Source: Sporopachydermia quercuum (taxonomy: Eukaryota). Taken from it: a DNA stretch of 64,000 nt. Where the stretch lies: contig BCGN01000002.1 of the NCBI GenBank assembly GCA_001599295.1, forward strand, positions 620,001 to 684,000, written 5' to 3'. Below are positions 57,985 through 64,000 of the stretch, piece after piece (positions within the stretch are counted from its first letter, which is position 1; every line of letters starts with the position of its first letter). The position numbers were made by a program, and so were the translations under genes. The notes below the pieces were generated by a model. It did no database searches and was not told the origin of the DNA. It saw only the letters and a program-made list of their open reading frames with translations.

Positions 57985-59772
57985 ATGATCAGACTTGTCA
58001 TTTCAACGTTCCTATGGGTTAATGTTGCCCTTAGTGTTGGTTTACAACAGAGGATTCAAGCTACAAATAATGGTCCCAGAAACGGCGACAAATCTTCGGA
58101 ACTACTATTCAAGCGGCAGAATGATCCCATATTAGACGAGCCTTGCTATTTGGCCTGGAAGAATAAAAGCACTGTTGATTTTGACAATTGTTTTACGTTT
58201 CCTTATTATTTTGGTGATGGCTCCTACTATGTATACACAAATCACACTGTGTATCTTAGACTGCAGTCTGATTTCTCAATTAACGGATTATTTGAAGACT
58301 TCACTGTTTTTGTTTCGTGTGGTGTATCTACATCTAACGTGGCTGATGAAAAAATCAGACGACAGGCGAACCCTGTTCAGATTGCATGCTCATTTGATTA
58401 CAAGGATTTAGCTAATTTTAATGATTTGCCTAAATTCAATAACAAGATAACAGAGCTTGGGTATGCTACACAGCTATTGACATTTCCTTACAACGTTTCG
58501 GTTTATGATCCAATTAATCACAAAATCGATTTAGACGTAGCGAAAAAGATTCTGGATGAAAATAGCGTTGATTATTTCAATACTACAATAGACAATGAGG
58601 AGTTCATTTATCTCCTACTGTATTGTGCTGTGAAACCTGAGACAGATTTAGGTGAAGATCAAATTGATATTTATGCTAAAGCAGATGGTGACTATGTTGT
58701 ATTTTCATGGGATGATCAACTCTTTGTTCAGTTTGTTGAATCAACAGATACTTCGGCATTATTTCGAACAAATGTAACATCTGAGGACGATTTCATTGGA
58801 GTAGTTGTGTTCAATGAATCAGTTCATGAAGAAGTTTCATTTTTCTCCCATAGTTTTAATGGAATTACTTATAATCCTAAGATACATTCATATTCAGACA
58901 CAAGGAATGGAACTAGGAAAATGAACCAGGACAAAATAAGTATTAGTGATAATAATATGTTCTATGAGATAGAAGTATTCAACCTTGAACCATCTACTAA
59001 TTACTATGCATATCCTTATCATTCATACTATATTTTAAGTAATATCACTGATAGCGAGTCTAATAGTAATGAAACTAGTATTCCAGGGTTTCAAAATGGT
59101 ACTACTATTATTCCTTATATTGGCAGAGTATTTCCAGTTATTAATTTCACAACAAGAGCGGAAAATTCAACCTGCAGATTGATAAATGATTTGGATTTCT
59201 GCTCTGAAGTTGCGTATGCTGTTCCGATACCTTCAAACAAAATCTCTATCTCATCTCAGGAATTAGGGAGATTATATGACGATGAAGCAAAAAGAATGTA
59301 CAAGGAATTTGAAAATGTATTATTACAGCAGAGATGTCAAGTTCCTGAACAAATGCTTGGCAGTTTCTATTCATTTGCAGCTGATTGTGATCAATGTAAG
59401 CAGTTTTATAAGAAATGGATATGTGCAACTACAATACCTAGATGTGCCCCTGGACATGAATTGAACCGAGATGGTGGTGAAAAGTCTCCATATTTAAAGT
59501 ATCGTGGCCGTGGTGAATCAAGGAATGAATTTATTAATACTGATATTGATCCCGAACCTTATTATGAATTGCTACCATGTCTTGAGATGTGTTATGAAAC
59601 GTTAAGGAAATGTCCTAATAGTATAGAATTCAATTGTCCTTATCCTGAAGATGATCCTAATCCTTCTTATTATTTTCAAGAAGATATTGATTTTTCTCAT
59701 CAGCAATGTAACTACCTTGGTGATGCTGAATTGTATACTAACCTTAGATTCTATGGTGACTATAAAAGATAG
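57985..59772 (+). CDS. MID1: Calcium influx channel regulatory subunit Mid1
   Basis: Signal peptide, many N-x-S/T sequons, C-terminal Cys-rich region: CRLINDLDFCSEVAYAVP, CDQC...YKKWICATTIPRC, YYELLPCLEMC...CP...FNCP, CNYLG. Confidence 0.92.
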   Translation: MIRLVISTFLWVNVALSVGLQQRIQATNNGPRNGDKSSELLFKRQNDPILDEPCYLAWKNKSTVDFDNCFTFPYYFGDGSYYVYTNHTVYLRLQSDFSINGLFEDFTVFVSCGVSTSNVADEKIRRQANPVQIACSFDYKDLANFNDLPKFNNKITELGYATQLLTFPYNVSVYDPINHKIDLDVAKKILDENSVDYFNTTIDNEEFIYLLLYCAVKPETDLGEDQIDIYAKADGDYVVFSWDDQLFVQFVESTDTSALFRTNVTSEDDFIGVVVFNESVHEEVSFFSHSFNGITYNPKIHSYSDTRNGTRKMNQDKISISDNNMFYEIEVFNLEPSTNYYAYPYHSYYILSNITDSESNSNETSIPGFQNGTTIIPYIGRVFPVINFTTRAENSTCRLINDLDFCSEVAYAVPIPSNKISISSQELGRLYDDEAKRMYKEFENVLLQQRCQVPEQMLGSFYSFAADCDQCKQFYKKWICATTIPRCAPGHELNRDGGEKSPYLKYRGRGESRNEFINTDIDPEPYYELLPCLEMCYETLRKCPNSIEFNCPYPEDDPNPSYYFQEDIDFSHQQCNYLGDAELYTNLRFYGDYKR

Positions 59773-60206
59773 TATATGATATGGTTTTTGTTTTATGGTA
59801 TGGTATGCATTGCGGAAGGTAGAATTCAATTTGGGTGGTTGGAAATAGAATGATGAATCAGTTCATTGGGATGATTCTATCGTATTTTTATATTTTGGTT
59901 TTTATTCTGTTTATTTAAACTATTACAAGAAGTAAATAGTGGATTCTATTTAATCGTCTTCCATAATAGTAATTTGTCTTTATTACTAGTAGCATTTTGT
60001 TATAATACAATTTTCCACCATATTATAATAATCTATTTAGACAAGACATGTCATTTCTTACAGTAAGCATAAATATACCATGTAATACTTATCTGTCATA
60101 ATATTGTTGTAGTACCTCTCAAAAACCCCTATGTTCATAAATCCCTTTCCTATATACATATCAAGTGTTCAATTCTATACTCATTGATTGATCGTTATAC
60201 TAACAG

Positions 60207-61394
60207 TCAGTCATCTAACGATACTTCTGGTCCTGTCTTTAGAATGTTTTCAAGTCTTGGTTTCCAATAAGACGGCTTATTATCTAAAAATTCTGTTATT
60301 TCAAACACATTCTTACCAAGCTGCCAAGAACCTTGATTAGTTCTAACTAAATCTACCATATGAGCTTCTGATTTCAGGTCTTTAGCCATATCATTAATAA
60401 TAGATCGAATGTATGTTCCAGATGATACTGATAGTCTGAATTTGATAATTGGATCAGATTTTGATTCTTTGTCTTCATTTTGCTCAATGGTGGAAGTAGT
60501 GACGAAATCCTTGATGGATTCCGGTTCATCTGCATTTGCTTTCTTTTCGAGTTTTATCCTCTTGCTCTTTGGCTCTCCATTAGCTGATCCTTTCTCCTTC
60601 TGTTCCTCAGATTGCTCTGATTCCTTTGCCTCTCCACTATTCTTTTCGGCTACTTGTTCTAGCGATAAGTCAGCAATCTGCTGAAATTTCTTGCTAAATT
60701 CAATCTCCTCTGGAGATGCCTTCTCACTTGGCTGTTTATACTTATGATCATATATCAAAGGCTTCTCACAATCTGAGTTTTCACCATCAACAAACGTCAA
60801 ACCAGTGATTTCTGCATTACGAGGCTCAATTATTCTTGGTAATGGCTCCCCACTTCTTGCGTATTCATACAAAGGTTTACCATTCATTTTCAATGCTGAG
60901 AAAATAGGAGGAATCTGTCTGATTTTGCCCTGATATTTTGTTAGCAGCACATTTTTCACATCTTCATTTTGTAGTTTAAATGTATCACTTTGGGATAAAA
61001 CCTTCCCTTCTGAATCATATGTCGTTGTAGATGAACCAAACAATGCGGTTGCTTCATAAGTCTTGGTACAGTCTCCTGAGCTATAATTCTGTAGTTGTTT
61101 AGTGCCTGAACCAACACCAATGACTAATACACCAGATGCTAAAGGATCTAAAGTTCCGCCATGACCAATTTTGAATTTTGGCTTGAATTTATCTCTCTGA
61201 TTATTAAAACCAGGTTTCAGCAGTTCTCTGGCCCGGGCGATATCTTTTTCATAATATTTAGAAGTACCAGAGACAAGAAGAACTGACTTGAGGATTCTTA
61301 CTACTTGGGCTGAAGTAATCCCTTTTGGCTTATTAACAGCAAACACACCGTTTAGTGAAATTTTCATTTCTTCCGGTTTTTCATCCTCGGACAT
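60207..61394 (-). CDS. PUS4: tRNA pseudouridine-55 synthase (TruB family)
   Basis: NGVFAVNKPKGITS, KIGHGGTLDPLASGVLV, PPIFSALKMNGKPLYEYAR, VSSGTYIRS. Confidence 0.95.
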   Translation of the reverse strand: MSEDEKPEEMKISLNGVFAVNKPKGITSAQVVRILKSVLLVSGTSKYYEKDIARARELLKPGFNNQRDKFKPKFKIGHGGTLDPLASGVLVIGVGSGTKQLQNYSSGDCTKTYEATALFGSSTTTYDSEGKVLSQSDTFKLQNEDVKNVLLTKYQGKIRQIPPIFSALKMNGKPLYEYARSGEPLPRIIEPRNAEITGLTFVDGENSDCEKPLIYDHKYKQPSEKASPEEIEFSKKFQQIADLSLEQVAEKNSGEAKESEQSEEQKEKGSANGEPKSKRIKLEKKANADEPESIKDFVTTSTIEQNEDKESKSDPIIKFRLSVSSGTYIRSIINDMAKDLKSEAHMVDLVRTNQGSWQLGKNVFEITEFLDNKPSYWKPRLENILKTGPEVSLDD

Positions 61395-62341
61395 TTTCTA
61401 TCCAGTTCCTATTACGGTATGATACCTTATAAGAGGGCGAAACTGGGGATAGATAATTGTATTCTGGTAGAGCCGAGAGAGCAATGATGAGCTCTGAAGC
61501 AAGACGACCTACACGAAATAAGTACAAGGAAAACAAGGGATTCTGTTTCTAAAATGCAATGAGAATGTTATTTGATTCAATAGTAGGTTCAAGTACGAAT
61601 TCAACGCCAATATAGATCAAAAGATGAATGATAAAAATAGGTAAGAAAAAACTTCCAATATAATGTGAAAATATATTAATTGATGAACAGAAGGGGAAAA
61701 TGCTTAACATGTGATATGATATTTAAAGTTATGTTATATGCATAACTCTGCATATAAATTGCGGTATCTTTTGCATATTGAATTTCATGAATACTTCGGT
61801 AGTGTGTTTGAAAAGATATCTCTTTAGTATGACAGTACCATATTTATATGACCTAGCAAATATTTGAGTTGACTATACAATAAGAATGCTCTGTCATTAT
61901 ATTGTTCGTACGACAGGACATGAGGATATGTGGTTGAAGAAAATAGTTCCCAGCGTGCATAACTGTACATAAGGATTGCATAGGTGAAGATCTCTATTTT
62001 CATTCGAATCGATGTTTTATGTTACAGGCTTTTGAAGGGCAGAAATTAATAGTCTGAGCCCTGTTGATAGTGGTGTCGTAGGTTTCGAAAAAGTAATTGT
62101 TGTGACGATGGAAGTTTCGTTTCCAAGAGCATGTTTGAAAAGAGTCACAAGGCTTATGAGATGACAGTCGATTACATATTTTACCTACTGATTCAACTTT
62201 CACCCTTCGCGTAATTCTTGGCTCTAAATGTCTTTTCGTACCTATAATATACACTCAAGAGTAATAAAAAAAATCTAAATACCATTCATAATGAACTTAT
62301 ATTCATAAATACCAGATTGAATATAATACACACATGCAGTA

Positions 62342-64000
62342 TCAAATCTTGCCAATCATTAAAAAGATCTTCTCCCTCACAGTTAGCAAACTAAATAGTT
62401 CTTCATTAGTTGTTATCTTCAAAATATCTCCATTATTCTGTAGAAATCTAAGTTGAGCTTTTGATACACCATTCTCTATCCACTGTGAATCGATTCCTTT
62501 GAATTCATCATTTCTAACTAATTTTTCAGTTATTTTATTGACCAAATCTATTAGAGGAATCGTCTTTGGAACAGAGATGGCAAACATTTCATCAGCGTTG
62601 GAACAAAACTTGATTCTTATGCTACCCGTGAGATTAGTGGTAGAAGATGATATTGACGACTTTTGAGAATGCACCCTGTCAACAATATTGGACTTGGTTC
62701 CCGAGCTTGCAGTGGCACCTGCTGCACTATTCCCATAGTCTCTATTCAAGTCTTTGTTTTTATCGAATTCATCATCCAAATAATAATCCTCAATATCATT
62801 GCTTTGGTTACTTTCGATCGGTGATGGATGTTTGACTCCATAAGAGGAATTGGAGTTACAGCTACCATCTGACGCCATATAGGAGTTTGTTTTCATTGAA
62901 TTGACCATTGAACTTGAACTTATTGAGCGCGAAACTGTAGAATTCTGAATACCTTGAGCTACCGCCTGTTGATTCAATTGTCTCGAGCCTCTCTGATGGC
63001 TTAATCTATGCGCACTATTTCTGTTTTTACCAGCTTTAGGGTCAGGTAGTCGATCAGGATAAGCACCAAAATCTTGAACATCACTTTCACGGAGTTGGAA
63101 AAACTGTAAGACGGTGTTGCTTCGAGATATATTAGTTGGCAGTTTTATCAGACTACTCAGGTAATTGTTCAATTCGAACTTTCGGTCAGAAGCTATGCGA
63201 TCATTCACATGTTCTCTTGGCCCAGGTAGCATTGGCAAAGTCCTTGGTTCTGACTGCTCACCCGCCTCTAGCGGAAATTCGTCTTTCAGCTTCAAATGCA
63301 GATTATAGAAATCATGGTATCTCCTGCATAAGTACCTGAAAGCCTTATTGCTTGTTTCAACGGTCACAAGATACCAAAATCCGTCATCGAAGTAAACTTC
63401 TTTAACACCTGTAGATATAGGATAACTACTTGGACCCAAAAGATTCTTACCTGCAGAAGAAGTTGAGCTAATAGATGGTTTATGACGATGTGCTTGATTA
63501 CTTTGGCTATTTTGTCTACTACTCCTAGGGGTTCCGGAGGTAGAAGTACTTTGATATGATGATCTTTGTTTCTTTTCTCTTTCTTTCATTTCTAAATTCA
63601 AAACGGGAATAGAACTTGATTGATATTTCCTATTTTTCATCCTCCATTCGTCAATTGTTGGTATATGAGCTCTATCAAATCCTTCTTTTAAATCGCTTAT
63701 TGCTGATCCAGTCGTCGGATCCTGAATCGTTAAATAGTAAGACGAAACAAGTCCTGGCCCTCCTACTCTAGAAATAAGTTTGGCTAATACCCATTCATAA
63801 TTATAATGAGCAACAATTGATAATGTTTCACCTTTTACCACATGCAGTTCTTCTGAATCTTCATCTTGATTGTCAGGAATGAAATCTTCATTGACCACTG
63901 CTAGTAGAAAGTCATTCTTTTTACTTGCTGATTGTTGTTGTGAAGTGATTAGAGAAGTTGGTGAAGCTGCTAGTCGATTTCCAAGTTTTGCTTCTGATTT
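62342..64000 (-). CDS. BEM1: Bem1-family polarity scaffold (SH3-PX-PB1), 5' end beyond the window
   Basis: Frame is open from 64000. SH3 AHYNYEWVLAK...GGPGLV, IPTIDEW, PX LCRRYHDFYNLH...FPLEAG...RTLPMLPGP, PB1 IRIKF...DEMFAI. Orthologue versus paralogue is uncertain. Confidence 0.78.
   Translation of the reverse strand, partial: KSEAKLGNRLAASPTSLITSQQQSASKKNDFLLAVVNEDFIPDNQDEDSEELHVVKGETLSIVAHYNYEWVLAKLISRVGGPGLVSSYYLTIQDPTTGSAISDLKEGFDRAHIPTIDEWRMKNRKYQSSSIPVLNLEMKEREKKQRSSYQSTSTSGTPRSSRQNSQSNQAHRHKPSISSTSSAGKNLLGPSSYPISTGVKEVYFDDGFWYLVTVETSNKAFRYLCRRYHDFYNLHLKLKDEFPLEAGEQSEPRTLPMLPGPREHVNDRIASDRKFELNNYLSSLIKLPTNISRSNTVLQFFQLRESDVQDFGAYPDRLPDPKAGKNRNSAHRLSHQRGSRQLNQQAVAQGIQNSTVSRSISSSSMVNSMKTNSYMASDGSCNSNSSYGVKHPSPIESNQSNDIEDYYLDDEFDKNKDLNRDYGNSAAGATASSGTKSNIVDRVHSQKSSISSSTTNLTGSIRIKFCSNADEMFAISVPKTIPLIDLVNKITEKLVRNDEFKGIDSQWIENGVSKAQLRFLQNNGDILKITTNEELFSLLTVREKIFLMIGKI

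Noticed and set aside
1..64000. Scattered single N bases as a biological signal
   Set aside because: They preserve reading frames (e.g. four within YEL1) and are most simply ambiguous or heterozygous consensus calls.

Overview
Eukaryotic, AT-rich budding-yeast (Saccharomycotina-like) chromosomal DNA in the standard genetic code, with scattered single N bases. It carries about 18 protein genes: VPS35 (5' part), an orphan predicted mitochondrial protein, AFG2, a HAPSTR1-like poly-Q protein, NCS6, NIP1, BLM10, an HMG-box transcription factor in a ~13 kb gene desert, an enlarged EPS1-type PDI, 3-hydroxyisobutyrate dehydrogenase, SEF1, a mitochondrial NAD+ carrier, RAD51 (6 exons, rebuilt by hand), YEL1, PUP3 and CMC2 (1 intron each), MID1, PUS4 and a divergent BEM1-like gene (3' part). 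I could not support any tRNA, rRNA, CRISPR array or intact transposon. The most unusual signals are a sharply bounded CpG/CCG-rich island over BLM10 beside a ~20% GC tract and the desert, the HMG-box regulator with a large intra-box insert, triplicated thioredoxin domains in EPS1, five introns in RAD51, a 13-15 bp motif recurring around MID1, and a possible decayed twin-Cys gene near 1.4-1.8 kb. Family assignments are from recalled motifs, not database searches.
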